The position numbers and the translations under genes are program-made. The notes under the pieces are model-generated. The model worked only from the letters and a program-made list of their open reading frames with translations, did no database searches and was not told the origin of the DNA. DNA of 63,950 nt, counting the filler, from Bacteriovoracaceae bacterium (GTDB lineage: Bacteria > Bdellovibrionota > Bacteriovoracia > Bacteriovoracales > Bacteriovoracaceae), in NCBI GenBank assembly GCA_018649885.1. It is 5 parts of 5 records of this genome, joined end to end, with 100 filler letters (N's around TTAATTAATTAA, not from the genome) between each part and the next. Parts side by side here need not be neighbours in the genome. Positions count along the whole stretch, not along the records: positions 18,248 to 48,105 come from JABIHA010000026.1; 4 more parts are not named here. One strand, given 5' to 3'. Below, one piece after another: positions 18,441 to 28,634 of this stretch (position 1 is its first letter; every line of letters begins with the position of its first letter).

Positions 18441-19352
18441 ATGAAAAAATCACTAGAGGCCATCATAGGCCCGCTAACTTCCTCTGAGTTTATCGTCTCT
18501 TATAAAAGTAATACGCCAGTCGTTGTTCACAATATTGGGGACAATATAAAAGAGCTTTGTGAGCTTCCTTTTTTGAGATCATTTGAGTCCATGTTTAATT
18601 TTTGGCCAAAAATAGTTGTTGCTTATCTTTCCGGTCTTGCTGATGAAGTGAACTCCAAAGAGGTCAGTGTCATCGAGAGTATGGAGCTTTTTAAGCAGGG
18701 AAGAAGTCTTTTATTTAATGATGCAAATGATGTGTCTCCAGTTATCGGTAAATGGGTCGAATCTATCAGAAGAGATCTAGGTCTTTCGAGATTAACCTAT
18801 GGTCGCAGTCTCATTTATGCCACCCCTGCAGGTTGTGGAACGGATGCCCACTTTGATCAAAACACTAATTTTGTAGTACAAATTCATGGACAGAAAAAGT
18901 GGTGGATTGCCCCCAACACAAGTGTTGAAAATCCGCTCACCAGGCATGTTATAGGGGTTCCCGCCGATCCTGAACTTGCAAGTTATGCAGGTGAGCAGAT
19001 GCCCTCAGAATTTCCAGAAAATGCTACAGAGTATACTCTAGCTCCAGGTTCAATGCTCTTTGTTCCAAGAGGGGCCTGGCACAAAACATCGGCCACAACA
19101 GATTCACTATCTCTCAATTTGACCTATACTGCTCCCACTTGGATTGATATTTTGACTACGGCCATGCGTGGTCGTCTTGCCATGTCTAGTGAATGGAGAC
19201 AAACAGCTGACTTTGTTACAGACGAAAATCTATGTGGTGAGGCCTTAGACAATTTTGATATGCTTTTGTCACAACTTGCTTTCGAGATCCCTGAGTGGTG
19301 TGCGGCCCATATACTAGATGCTACAGAAATGGATCAGTTGCCTTCAAATTAA
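18441..19352 (+). CDS. JmjC/cupin 2-oxoglutarate-Fe(II) oxygenase (YcfD/RoxA-like fold)
   Basis: AHFD...QIHGQKKW...LAPGSMLFVPRGAWH. Confidence 0.88.
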   Translation: MKKSLEAIIGPLTSSEFIVSYKSNTPVVVHNIGDNIKELCELPFLRSFESMFNFWPKIVVAYLSGLADEVNSKEVSVIESMELFKQGRSLLFNDANDVSPVIGKWVESIRRDLGLSRLTYGRSLIYATPAGCGTDAHFDQNTNFVVQIHGQKKWWIAPNTSVENPLTRHVIGVPADPELASYAGEQMPSEFPENATEYTLAPGSMLFVPRGAWHKTSATTDSLSLNLTYTAPTWIDILTTAMRGRLAMSSEWRQTADFVTDENLCGEALDNFDMLLSQLAFEIPEWCAAHILDATEMDQLPSN

Positions 19353-19645
19353 ATGAACAGGTGCGGGCCAAGCTGCTTGGGGGGAAACTTGTCCCACACT
19401 GTAGTAATTGTGTAATGTCCTTTGTGTTAAGGAATGCTTAAATACTATTACAATCTCTGAACCTTAGCGTCGGAGAAATAGTTAACGATACAAGCGAGAT
19501 GCTTCTATCGTAATAATTTCAATGAACTAGTAGTACAATATCTTTTTATGACGGATATCACCTAAAGCTATGACAGCAATGCTCCTAACTCTAGGACAAA
19601 GGAGTGATAATTTTCTGTGTGGTCAACAAAACGATGGAGGGTGAG

Positions 19646-20167
19646 ATGGACAGGAAGATGGAATTTTTAAAAGTAAGTGATATTTTCGAAAGAAAAGTGA
19701 TAGCTCTTAAAGCTGATTCTTTTGTTTTCGACGCTGTTAGTATTCTAAATGAATTTAGAATTGCCTCTGCTCCGATTGTGGATGATGATCACAAGGTGGT
19801 GGGCTTTATATCTGAAAGTGATTGCATCAAGTCCATGGGAAATTGCTTGTTTTATGATGATGCTAAGGACACTAGGGTTGAGAGCATTATGACTTGTAAG
19901 GTACGAACAGCTAATATCAATTGGGATATTTTTGAGCTCGAAACCTTTTTTATTGAAAACCATCTTAGAGCAGCTCCTGTAGTTGACTCTGAAAACAACT
20001 TATTAGGAATTGTTTCAAGAAGAGATATTTTAAAAGGGATTCAAAATCTTCTCTCTCAGCGAATTGAATACAAAAGAAAAATTAAAACACCTGTTGAATT
20101 GAATCTAACTCAAAAGGTGAAAATGAAAGTGGCCCAAATGAGTTTTAGACGGGAAACACGATTATAG
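19646..20167 (+). CDS. CBS domain pair protein
   Basis: SAPIVD...VGFISESD and APVVD...GIVSRRD; GGAGG RBS before ATG 19646. Confidence 0.88.
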   Translation: MDRKMEFLKVSDIFERKVIALKADSFVFDAVSILNEFRIASAPIVDDDHKVVGFISESDCIKSMGNCLFYDDAKDTRVESIMTCKVRTANINWDIFELETFFIENHLRAAPVVDSENNLLGIVSRRDILKGIQNLLSQRIEYKRKIKTPVELNLTQKVKMKVAQMSFRRETRL

Positions 20168-20239
20168 AAGATAAAAAGAGTTTAGCGTTAAGAAGGGTTA
20201 ACTTTTACATCTAATAATTAAATATAATTTCAGATCATT

Positions 20240-21772
20240 TTGAGAGATCATAATGGTATGCAAGAAATTATATATATTGGACCAGATCACATATTCTCAG
20301 AAGAACTGAAGAAACATCTTCTGAGTTTTGGCCTTGAAAAAGAATTTATTTCTATTGAGCAAAAAAAAGAGGTTTCCTTTGGGAAATTACTGGGACAAAT
20401 TAAGCACTGCGTGCCATCAGTTTTGATTTTAGATTTTTCTTCTCATTTTCGTGAAATGGAAAAAGTTCTATTATTTCTTTCCAAAATTCATCCCTTTGAT
20501 CATGCTACGAAAATTTGTTGTTTCAGAGAGGGAACAAGCACTGAGCAAAGAAAATTTCTCTTAGTATCTGGGGCCCACTTTCTTTTTGTTAAAAGCCAAG
20601 AGTTTACTCAGCCTCTAGGGTTTATAAGGGCAAAACTGCAACCTGAAAAGCCTATTAATTATTCTAATGTCTTCAAGAAGAAAGTTAATTTACAGCTAGA
20701 TGCTGTCTGTCCTTTGAGGATTGGATATATGACCAATGAATATATCCGTATTGAAAGTGATTTTCCACTAGGCCTTGAAGAAATCATCCAGTTGCGCACA
20801 AGTATCTTTCCTGATTTTCCATTTGAGGCATTTAAGGTTGAAAAAGAGACAAAGGAAAACCTCTATTATCACTACAAGCATAGTTTTGATCTCAGTCATC
20901 AAGATGAAAGCCTTTTAGAGAACAAAAGTGAGAAGAAAAAAAAGAGCGAATTCTATGATCTAAATGGAATTAGTGAAAGAATTGAGCTTAGAGATAAAAA
21001 TCTTGAACTTGGGAAGAAACAGATTGACCAATTTCTTAAAAATGGAAAAGAACAATCTTACAATAAGCGAGAGCGGCTTTTATTTTTTGACCGAGAGGTA
21101 GAGTTTCTATCTCATATTCCAAAGGCCTTCTATGGATGCGGATATTCTCTTAGAGGGCATCAAATTTTGGACCCAGATGGAATGTCAATTAAAACAACTA
21201 AAGCTTCCATCATCTGTTTTTTTGTAAGAGATGCAAGTGAACAAGAAGTTTTGAAACGTATAGCAACTGAAGTTAAAATCATAGAAGGTTACAATCCGTT
21301 TATTATTATTTTTGATCCAGAAGGTTTGTGTCCCCAGTCAATTATGGGGGACCGCATTGTCTATCAAAATGAAAAATTTCAAGCTGGAGAGTTACTCAAA
21401 TTATTAGATATATTTCATGAAAAAAAAGGGCGTGAAAGAACTCATGATATATCTATAAGTTCCTATGAAAATGAGTCCCGCCATTTCTTCAATAAATACC
21501 TTCCTAGCAGTGTTGGATTTATTTTTCTATCAATAAATATTTTAGAGATTTGTGAATATTATGTTTATTTTTCTTGTGATCGGGATTTGGCCCAAGATAG
21601 CTTTATTCAAATCAAAATACTGGAAAGAGAACTAACCCTTACAATAGTGAAAATGGAAAATTTTAGTGGCAGTGACAATGAGTTCTTTTATAGAGGGCTT
21701 ATTAACAATTTAGAGGATGCTAAAGCAAACGAAATCAGAAAGTTTATAATGAATGACCAAGATTTTGATTAA
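20240..21772 (+). CDS. Hypothetical protein with degenerate receiver-like domains
   Basis: 510-aa ORF; N-terminal alpha/beta segment PSVLILDF...GAHFLFVK. Start may be ATG 20258. Confidence 0.7.
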   Translation: MRDHNGMQEIIYIGPDHIFSEELKKHLLSFGLEKEFISIEQKKEVSFGKLLGQIKHCVPSVLILDFSSHFREMEKVLLFLSKIHPFDHATKICCFREGTSTEQRKFLLVSGAHFLFVKSQEFTQPLGFIRAKLQPEKPINYSNVFKKKVNLQLDAVCPLRIGYMTNEYIRIESDFPLGLEEIIQLRTSIFPDFPFEAFKVEKETKENLYYHYKHSFDLSHQDESLLENKSEKKKKSEFYDLNGISERIELRDKNLELGKKQIDQFLKNGKEQSYNKRERLLFFDREVEFLSHIPKAFYGCGYSLRGHQILDPDGMSIKTTKASIICFFVRDASEQEVLKRIATEVKIIEGYNPFIIIFDPEGLCPQSIMGDRIVYQNEKFQAGELLKLLDIFHEKKGRERTHDISISSYENESRHFFNKYLPSSVGFIFLSINILEICEYYVYFSCDRDLAQDSFIQIKILERELTLTIVKMENFSGSDNEFFYRGLINNLEDAKANEIRKFIMNDQDFD

Positions 21773-21855
21773 CCTATCGAAATGATCAATTTTCAATCCC
21801 TAGAATATTAAGCTATAATGTGCCATGGAATGCATTTTAAGATTGAGGGAAAACC

Positions 21856-22254
21856 ATGAGTGAAGATAAAAAGAGACAACCTGTTGGAGAGTTGGCAATT
21901 CGGACCCTGGCAATGCCGGCAGATACTAATCCGGCCGGTGATATTTTTGGAGGTTGGGTGCTCTCTCAGATGGATATTGCAGGAGGACTAGTCACTAAAA
22001 AAGTGGCAGGAGGAAGAACTGTAACTGTGGCCGTGGATAGCATGACTTTTCATCTTCCCGTTTTTGTTGGGGATACAATTTGCTGTTATGTTGAAATTCT
22101 AAAAGTAGGCAACACTTCTATAAAAACTAAAATTGAAGTCTGGGCCAATCATCAATATGAGCAGGATAGGGTGTTAGTCACCGAAGGTGTGTTTACTTAC
22201 GTCGCTGTATCTTCAAAACGTAAACCCCGCCCCATTGATAGTGAGTATTCTTAG
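21856..22254 (+). CDS. yciA: Acyl-CoA thioesterase (hotdog fold)
   Basis: AMPADTNPAGDIFGGWVLSQMD signature. Confidence 0.9.
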   Translation: MSEDKKRQPVGELAIRTLAMPADTNPAGDIFGGWVLSQMDIAGGLVTKKVAGGRTVTVAVDSMTFHLPVFVGDTICCYVEILKVGNTSIKTKIEVWANHQYEQDRVLVTEGVFTYVAVSSKRKPRPIDSEYS

Positions 22255-22267
22255 GACGCGTTTTCAA

Positions 22268-23728
22268 CTACCTTTTAAAAGGTTCCAACTTCAATTTTGA
22301 AATGCGGTCATTAAATATTTTCACGCCTTCTTTTTGACCGTCACCCATGCGCCACCAATGTTGAAGGCTCACTGAGTTGGGATGCAGGAGTAATTTACTA
22401 GGCTTGCCATTGTTGTACAATTCAGCGGCTAGTTGTTGGTCAACTCCAGTGGACCAAATGCTTAACTCATCAATTTCTCCTTCAAAGAAATGACCTTTTC
22501 CATTGAATGAGCCAATCATGGAGGGGAAAGTTCCAAAGCCTGCAAACTTACTTTTGTGTTCACGTTCTAGGTCGCCATCGACAAATAATTTGAAGACGCC
22601 ATTTTGGTAACTCCCAATAACCTGGTGCCAGTTTTCATCATCGTACTCACTTCGGCATTCAATTGAGATATATTTTTTGCCATCAGAGATTCCAAGAATT
22701 ACCTTTCCCTTTTTAAGTGACAGGTTAAATGCACTACCTGCCTTTCCAGTCTTATGTATATTAATTAGCCTTGACTCGTGTTGGTTTTTTTCAGTACGAA
22801 ACCAAAGAGAGATTGCAAAATTATTCTTATCAATATTTAGCTCACTTCCATTTAAAAACTGGTAGCTTTGTTTCTTTGATAGTTTTAGCCATTTTTGGTT
22901 TTTTATATCCATTTTTTCAAAAGGCCTTTCTTTTGTTGCTAGATCATAAGAAGTAGTTACTCGCCTGGCATGTCTAACTTTTTTATTAAGCGAGATATTG
23001 ACTAGCCTGGAGTATTTATTTATTTTTGCTTTCGTTTTGATGATTTGTTTTTCAAGTCTTGCCTTCTTTCTCTCTTTCTCAGTATCCTTCCATTTGTCCA
23101 TCAAACCTCTTAGCTTTTGGGTGTATTTATGAACATTGGCCTGGTATTTGAGTGCCCTTTTTTCTTCTCTGTGAATAATTTTGACATGAGAAGTAAAGAT
23201 CGTTGTAAAAGGGTGGTGGATAGATTGAAAGCTGGTGTCACCAGAAATTCTTGCTTCATAATCAGTCAGTCGAAACAAGTTGACCTTTTTGGGAGTAATT
23301 TGAGAGCCCAGTAGGTTAATTCCCCAAAGGCCCTTGGAATTTATCGCAGGGTCATCAATGACTCTTCCAGACATACCACCACACTGAGTAATGAGATCTA
23401 TGTTGTAACCTCTTTCTTGTAACTCACTCTTACAAAGACCATCAAGGAAATCGAAAGAATAGAGATACTGAATTTGGTTGTTTTCTTCTTCTACTACTTC
23501 TACTTCTTCTTCTTCACCTTCACCTTCACCTTCTTCCGTTACTTCCACCTCTATTTCATCCACTGGTGGAAGAATAAGAGTTTCACCTTCAGGATTAGTG
23601 TTGGTGTCAGTGTTAGTGCCCGTTGTGGAGGGGGGACTATCTCCTGTAGGCGCATCTTTTTTCGAACCAAAGCAGCCCTGGAAAATAATGATGAAGCAAA
23701 ACAAAATATATTTATTAGCATTTTTCAT
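22268..23728 (-). CDS. Lipoprotein with a C-terminal LamG/concanavalin-like domain
   Basis: Lipobox FQGC; acidic linker; ISLWFRT...WHQV...FEGEIDELSIW. Confidence 0.8.
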   Translation of the reverse strand: MKNANKYILFCFIIIFQGCFGSKKDAPTGDSPPSTTGTNTDTNTNPEGETLILPPVDEIEVEVTEEGEGEGEEEEVEVVEEENNQIQYLYSFDFLDGLCKSELQERGYNIDLITQCGGMSGRVIDDPAINSKGLWGINLLGSQITPKKVNLFRLTDYEARISGDTSFQSIHHPFTTIFTSHVKIIHREEKRALKYQANVHKYTQKLRGLMDKWKDTEKERKKARLEKQIIKTKAKINKYSRLVNISLNKKVRHARRVTTSYDLATKERPFEKMDIKNQKWLKLSKKQSYQFLNGSELNIDKNNFAISLWFRTEKNQHESRLINIHKTGKAGSAFNLSLKKGKVILGISDGKKYISIECRSEYDDENWHQVIGSYQNGVFKLFVDGDLEREHKSKFAGFGTFPSMIGSFNGKGHFFEGEIDELSIWSTGVDQQLAAELYNNGKPSKLLLHPNSVSLQHWWRMGDGQKEGVKIFNDRISKLKLEPFKR

Positions 23729-23804
23729 AACGTTTCATCTCCTAATTATATTATCGGTTAGTCCGAGAAGTTAAGAAATGAGTTAAGTCAATTAGGTAGT
23801 TAGG

Positions 23805-24470
23805 ATGGATCAGTTAAAGAAAGTTATAAATTTTAAAGAATCTCCAGCATCTGGCGCATACGAGATATTCCATAAAATTGCTGAGAATTTCATCTTTTTT
23901 CGCTGGGTGTACTTCAAAAATCGGCCTAGAACGACTTTTCTTTTAATTAGGTCATGTTTAATTACAGGGCTTTTATTTACTACCTATTACACCCTTTTTT
24001 CTCACTTTAGATTCATTTTAATGGGTATAGACATACATCCAGTGCTTTTTTTCGCCACAATGGCCATAATTGGCTACTGGAAGATGTGTGATAGTTTTTA
24101 TGAAAAATCAAACTACTGCTCCAATTTATACAATGAAATTTATCGAGAAATAGGGCATGGAAATTGGGACTCATCTAGGATCCTGTCTATTAATTTTAGT
24201 GGCCAACTTCTAACACTGGATTTGTGGGGACATCGAATTTATTCCAAAATCTTTATCGAAACTCTTAATGATGCAATTTTCTGGGCCAGTACTCAAGGTG
24301 GAAATGAAGATTACTTGCGAGGCAAACAAATTGAAGATTTTATTGAATTAGCAAACAAGGGGGAGCTTGCTATTAATGAAGTTCGCAATTTACTGGAAGC
24401 TTACAAAGAACACTATAGGCAAAAGCTTGAAAACAGTAGCTCTGTTTTACCCTTCAATCAGGCCGCTTAA
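23805..24470 (+). CDS. Hypothetical membrane protein
   Basis: 221-aa ORF with two TM segments. Confidence 0.7.
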   Translation: MDQLKKVINFKESPASGAYEIFHKIAENFIFFRWVYFKNRPRTTFLLIRSCLITGLLFTTYYTLFSHFRFILMGIDIHPVLFFATMAIIGYWKMCDSFYEKSNYCSNLYNEIYREIGHGNWDSSRILSINFSGQLLTLDLWGHRIYSKIFIETLNDAIFWASTQGGNEDYLRGKQIEDFIELANKGELAINEVRNLLEAYKEHYRQKLENSSSVLPFNQAA

Positions 24471-24621
24471 TAACCCTCTCCACTATTAACTAAAAGACAA
24501 TGAAGCTCATTAGTAGTGCTAATGTGTTGCTGCAAGTAGTAATAATTTGATCTACTTAATTCACATTGATATTTCTTGGCGGGAGAAAAGCTAACAACAA
24601 AGAACCAGTCAGGAGAACAAA

Positions 24622-25161
24622 ATGAAAACAACCATCTTAACAATTTTATTTACAGTACTCACTTTCAACGCAAGCGCTGAATCAAAAATCATTGCTCAAT
24701 ATAATTTTGCAATTCATGAAAAAAGTGATGATAACATCAGACCCCATTTCTCTCTTTACAACGCTTCCCTCACTAATGATGGAAAATTTCAAGTTGCAAA
24801 GGCCATTACTCTTGATAGTGATAAAGAACTTATCCTAGCTGAAAAAGATCTCTCTGATTCCGTTTTTCAACTTTTATTAATGGACGCAAAAGTTCTTTCA
24901 AATGCAAAAGTTTTAGAAACCTATGCTGGAATTGTTTGCATGATGATGCCAGGACCTGGTGCTTTCTATGACAACCTTTTGGTTGCTCGTAATTATGGAT
25001 TTGATACAGGATTTGCAGGGGCCTTAGAATTAATTGATGGACCTTCAGGATGCTGGTTGGCACACCAAACTCACCCACAATTTGATCACAACCGCACAGG
25101 TGCAGCCATTTTAAAAAGATCTTTTAGACTACTGACACTTGAATTACTTTCTGAGCTTTAA
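24622..25161 (+). CDS. Secreted hypothetical protein
   Basis: AGGAG RBS, signal peptide ending ASA. Confidence 0.8.
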   Translation: MKTTILTILFTVLTFNASAESKIIAQYNFAIHEKSDDNIRPHFSLYNASLTNDGKFQVAKAITLDSDKELILAEKDLSDSVFQLLLMDAKVLSNAKVLETYAGIVCMMMPGPGAFYDNLLVARNYGFDTGFAGALELIDGPSGCWLAHQTHPQFDHNRTGAAILKRSFRLLTLELLSEL

Positions 25162-25167
25162 TAACAA

Positions 25168-25189
25168 AATGCCCCTTCCCAGGGGCATT
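25168..25189. terminator. Terminator hairpin between convergent genes
   Basis: AATGCCCCT-TCCC-AGGGGCATT. Confidence 0.7.
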
Positions 25190-25204
25190 AGTTTTCATCA
25201 CCTT

Positions 25205-25792
25205 TTACAACATTTTGACTTCTACAGAATGCTTGAACTCAGAATCTGTATCAAATTTTATTTTATAGTCCGCCTCAGTACTAATGGCCTTAAATTTAAG
25301 GATAGACTTTACACTGTAGCGACCTTTCTCTGCTAGCTTAAACTCATAAACTTCATATTGGTCCCCTGTCAGTTGTTTTGCTTTTTTAAAGTTGAGTTTC
25401 AATTTCCTGGTGCTGACATACTTTATATCTTGGTGTTCGACACAAACACTCGTTGTATCGTAATATCCATCGACCCATTCTTCTCCCCAGTCGATACAAT
25501 CTCCAATAGCATTTGTTTCTATACAAATCGGCGAATAGTGGCCTTCGACCCAATGTTCAACAGTGTCGTACCTGACACATTCATTGCGGTAGTAATCCAG
25601 TTGGAAATAAATTTTAATTTTTTCTGGAGAGTCACTCCCACGAAAAATTCGATAGCTCTTGTCTCCAGTGGCGTGGGAGATATTTCCTATTTTGATTTCC
25701 TTACTGTCTAGACTCACATCATATTCTGCAGCGGCTCCATTTAATGATAGTAATAATCCTAATGAAAAACTCATTAATTTAAAAACACCCAT
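25205..25792 (-). CDS. Secreted hypothetical protein
   Basis: AGGAG RBS, signal peptide, Cys-bracketed WVEGHY/WVDGYY insert. Confidence 0.8.
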   Translation of the reverse strand: MGVFKLMSFSLGLLLSLNGAAAEYDVSLDSKEIKIGNISHATGDKSYRIFRGSDSPEKIKIYFQLDYYRNECVRYDTVEHWVEGHYSPICIETNAIGDCIDWGEEWVDGYYDTTSVCVEHQDIKYVSTRKLKLNFKKAKQLTGDQYEVYEFKLAEKGRYSVKSILKFKAISTEADYKIKFDTDSEFKHSVEVKML

Positions 25793-25921
25793 TTTTTCTC
25801 CTTTTTAGCTTAATTGATTTTGACTCTTTTAGAGCAAAAACCAGACCAAAAAAACTTTTGTTGAAACACGCACTTAATGCGTTAGGAGGTGCTGATTGCC
25901 ACTAACTTTTGACACTGGAAT

Positions 25922-27871
25922 CTAGAAAAGGGTGTCACCTAAGATTGTGCTGAGATAGGGTGCCATTCTTTTTATAGAGGTTGGGCATGTACGAGAAAGG
26001 ACTCGGTGTGATTTTCTAGAGAGTCTTCTTCCAAAAAATTCGGTCCTTTTTTTGCCTAAAACCTTTGCCACCACTCTCTTGGTCTGTTTTCTACCAAATA
26101 CACGTGCCATCACATTATAGGGATCAATATAGCCGACCTTTTTTTCAAGCCCTGCTTGTGAGACTAATTGATTAAACTCTCTTATATCCCCATCTAGTAT
26201 AAACAGAGATCTTTGGAAATTTAAAAACTCAACAGGCAAGTCAATACCGATTTCGATGGCCTCTTCTAAGAGAATTTCCACTCTCTTTAGAACTGGTGCT
26301 GATTTCCAGCTCTTTTCCTTTAGGGCCTTTTTTAGAGCTTGTCTCATGGAAGGCTCAATATTAACTAGCTCACCAAGAGTTCGTACAACCCTTTCGACAC
26401 TTCCCAGTGTGGCCATCTCGGTCAAGTATATAAATGATTTTTGAGATTTCTTACCCATTTGCCAGGCATTTCCAAAATCGATAAAGGTAATTTTAAAAGG
26501 AGGTTTTCCTCCAGGGATGAGTTCTACAAAGGCGTTCCCTGCGTGAAGATCACCGTGAAAAAAACCCGGATCTTCAAAAACGGCCATGCTAAACCAATGA
26601 GAAAAAATTGTATCGAGAATTTGTTTTTTGAGGATAAAATCTTCGACTGATGATGTCCTAAAGGCCTCACCAGCTTTTATGGGGGTCAATTTCTCAAGAG
26701 GAATTCCCCCTGCTACTTTTTGAACCATAGTATTCTTTGTTGGTCTTATAATTCCGTCGTCCACATACTCACTGACATAAACTCCTAGGTCAGCTCTTTG
26801 ATAGACAGGTTTTGCAAGGTCCATATTTTGGGCCTCGATTCTAAAATCGATTTCCATTTCAAGTGTTAATCGAAGTTTTTTAACAATATTTGAATAAGTC
26901 GGGTGATCTCCAAAAGTATCTTCAAAAACTGCAATCTCTTTTTCAATTTGTTCTTGAATACCTGGCCTTAAGACCTTAACAACCACTCTTTCTCCAGTGC
27001 TTTTAAGGGTGCCAATATGAACTTGTCCAATGGTTCCTGCAGAAATGGGAGTTTCGTTAAATTCTAGAAATACATCGGCAATCTTTATACCGAGGTCTTG
27101 CTCGATAATTTGTCTTGAAAGTTTTCCATCAAAAGGTTTTACATTGGATTTAAGAAGCTCAGCGGCTTCTTTAAGCTCAGGATCTTTTATCATTGATGCT
27201 GATTGCTGGAAAAATTTTTGAAGAGCAGGACCAGCATTTTGAAGGACCGCTGCAATTTGCTGTGATTTCTTAGCATCTGCTCGAAGTCTTAAACTATCAA
27301 TAATAATTTTTTTCTTTTGGGCCAGAGGCATTTGCTTAAAATAATTTAAAAAGAGTTTTTCCAGAAGATCTGGTCTTTTTAACTTAGGTCCATAACTTTC
27401 AACATTTGAAATTGAGGCAACAGCATCTAATTTGGTAAAATCAATATCAGCGAGTGCACTTTCCATGATTTGATCAGAAATCTTGGAAATACCGGGAACA
27501 CTTATAGGTAAAGACATTTTCTTAGCAAGCAAACGCACACTTTGTGAGTTGACTAATTCGGCCCCTGGAGCTGCATCAATAGTTTCTAGAAGCGCTTTAA
27601 CATTTTGATTGTCGAGGCCGGGTATTTGTGAGGCCTTTAAGACTTTATCTCTGTAGGGCCCATCAGAGAGCCTTTCAATAAGCTCAGCATTGTCTTCAAC
27701 TAATGTTACTAGTTTTGATGTTTCAACAGGTTCAGTGGAAGTGATTTCTATGAAGCTTGCAACTGCCGTTCGCAGCTTTGTAGCATCCTCTGCCAATTGG
27801 GTTTCATCGCCAATCGAAGTCGTGGAAAATAGCAAGCTGACCAGTAGTGCTAAGGCCATATATCTTTTCAA
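25922..27871 (-). CDS. ABC1/AarF/UbiB-family atypical kinase with an N-terminal signal peptide
   Basis: ISAGTIGQVH, VVVKVLRP, EIDFRIEA, FHGDLHAGN and IDFG motifs. Confidence 0.88.
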   Translation of the reverse strand: MKRYMALALLVSLLFSTTSIGDETQLAEDATKLRTAVASFIEITSTEPVETSKLVTLVEDNAELIERLSDGPYRDKVLKASQIPGLDNQNVKALLETIDAAPGAELVNSQSVRLLAKKMSLPISVPGISKISDQIMESALADIDFTKLDAVASISNVESYGPKLKRPDLLEKLFLNYFKQMPLAQKKKIIIDSLRLRADAKKSQQIAAVLQNAGPALQKFFQQSASMIKDPELKEAAELLKSNVKPFDGKLSRQIIEQDLGIKIADVFLEFNETPISAGTIGQVHIGTLKSTGERVVVKVLRPGIQEQIEKEIAVFEDTFGDHPTYSNIVKKLRLTLEMEIDFRIEAQNMDLAKPVYQRADLGVYVSEYVDDGIIRPTKNTMVQKVAGGIPLEKLTPIKAGEAFRTSSVEDFILKKQILDTIFSHWFSMAVFEDPGFFHGDLHAGNAFVELIPGGKPPFKITFIDFGNAWQMGKKSQKSFIYLTEMATLGSVERVVRTLGELVNIEPSMRQALKKALKEKSWKSAPVLKRVEILLEEAIEIGIDLPVEFLNFQRSLFILDGDIREFNQLVSQAGLEKKVGYIDPYNVMARVFGRKQTKRVVAKVLGKKRTEFFGRRLSRKSHRVLSRTCPTSIKRMAPYLSTILGDTLF

Positions 27872-28089
27872 AATTCTTCCTTTTATGTCATCCCTGAAGG
27901 CTATTTAGTACTTGTTTTATAGAGTGAAAATGAATCATCACATATGAGTAAAAATTACTTGTAGATTTTCATTAAGAAGATTTGTTGAAACGTATGATGC
28001 GTCGCGCAGGTGGCTGTGAATGGTATTCTTATTGACTTGCCCCATCATTTTACTTAGTTTATTATTCACAATTCTTTGGGAGACACAAA

Positions 28090-28530
28090 ATGAGAAATCA
28101 GCTCTTTTTACTAATAGCACTTGTCACAATACCTCTAAGCTCTATGGCGAGTACACTTGATTTAAAAATTGAAATCAATGTGGCAGGGCATGACGATATC
28201 GAATTTTTCTACAAAAATGCTGATGTATTAAAGTCTCATGGTTTTGTTACCTACAATGGGAAGTGGGATTATCTGTGGGCCAGAAAAGTGATGACCGGGA
28301 TTAAGCTCGAGGGTAATAAATACAAATTTGGCATGGAAGAGATGGATGTGACTCTTAGTAAAAGTGAAATAGGTGGCCAAAAGCTTTGTGTCAGAACTGA
28401 GCTGGGAGACGGCGCCATTAAGTCTTGTACCCAAGTGATTCAAGGGCAAGAGCAAATTTTGATCTACGATACTAGCAATGGTCAGCACTGGGATATAGAC
28501 GGTGTGATTACTTTCACCGTTAGAGACTAA
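28090..28530 (+). CDS. Secreted hypothetical protein
   Basis: GGAG RBS, signal peptide. Confidence 0.75.
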   Translation: MRNQLFLLIALVTIPLSSMASTLDLKIEINVAGHDDIEFFYKNADVLKSHGFVTYNGKWDYLWARKVMTGIKLEGNKYKFGMEEMDVTLSKSEIGGQKLCVRTELGDGAIKSCTQVIQGQEQILIYDTSNGQHWDIDGVITFTVRD

Positions 28531-28634
28531 TTCCTGCAAAAGAAACCTTTAGGTTTTTCCAATTAACTTATTGTGAATGAATGATCCTTCGTGTTAAGAA
28601 AGGTCATAAAAAATGTATATTTAAGAGGATTTAG

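Noticed and set aside
23478..23560. TTC/TTCACC low-complexity repeats
   Set aside because: They encode the acidic Glu/Gly linker of the LamG lipoprotein; ordinary.
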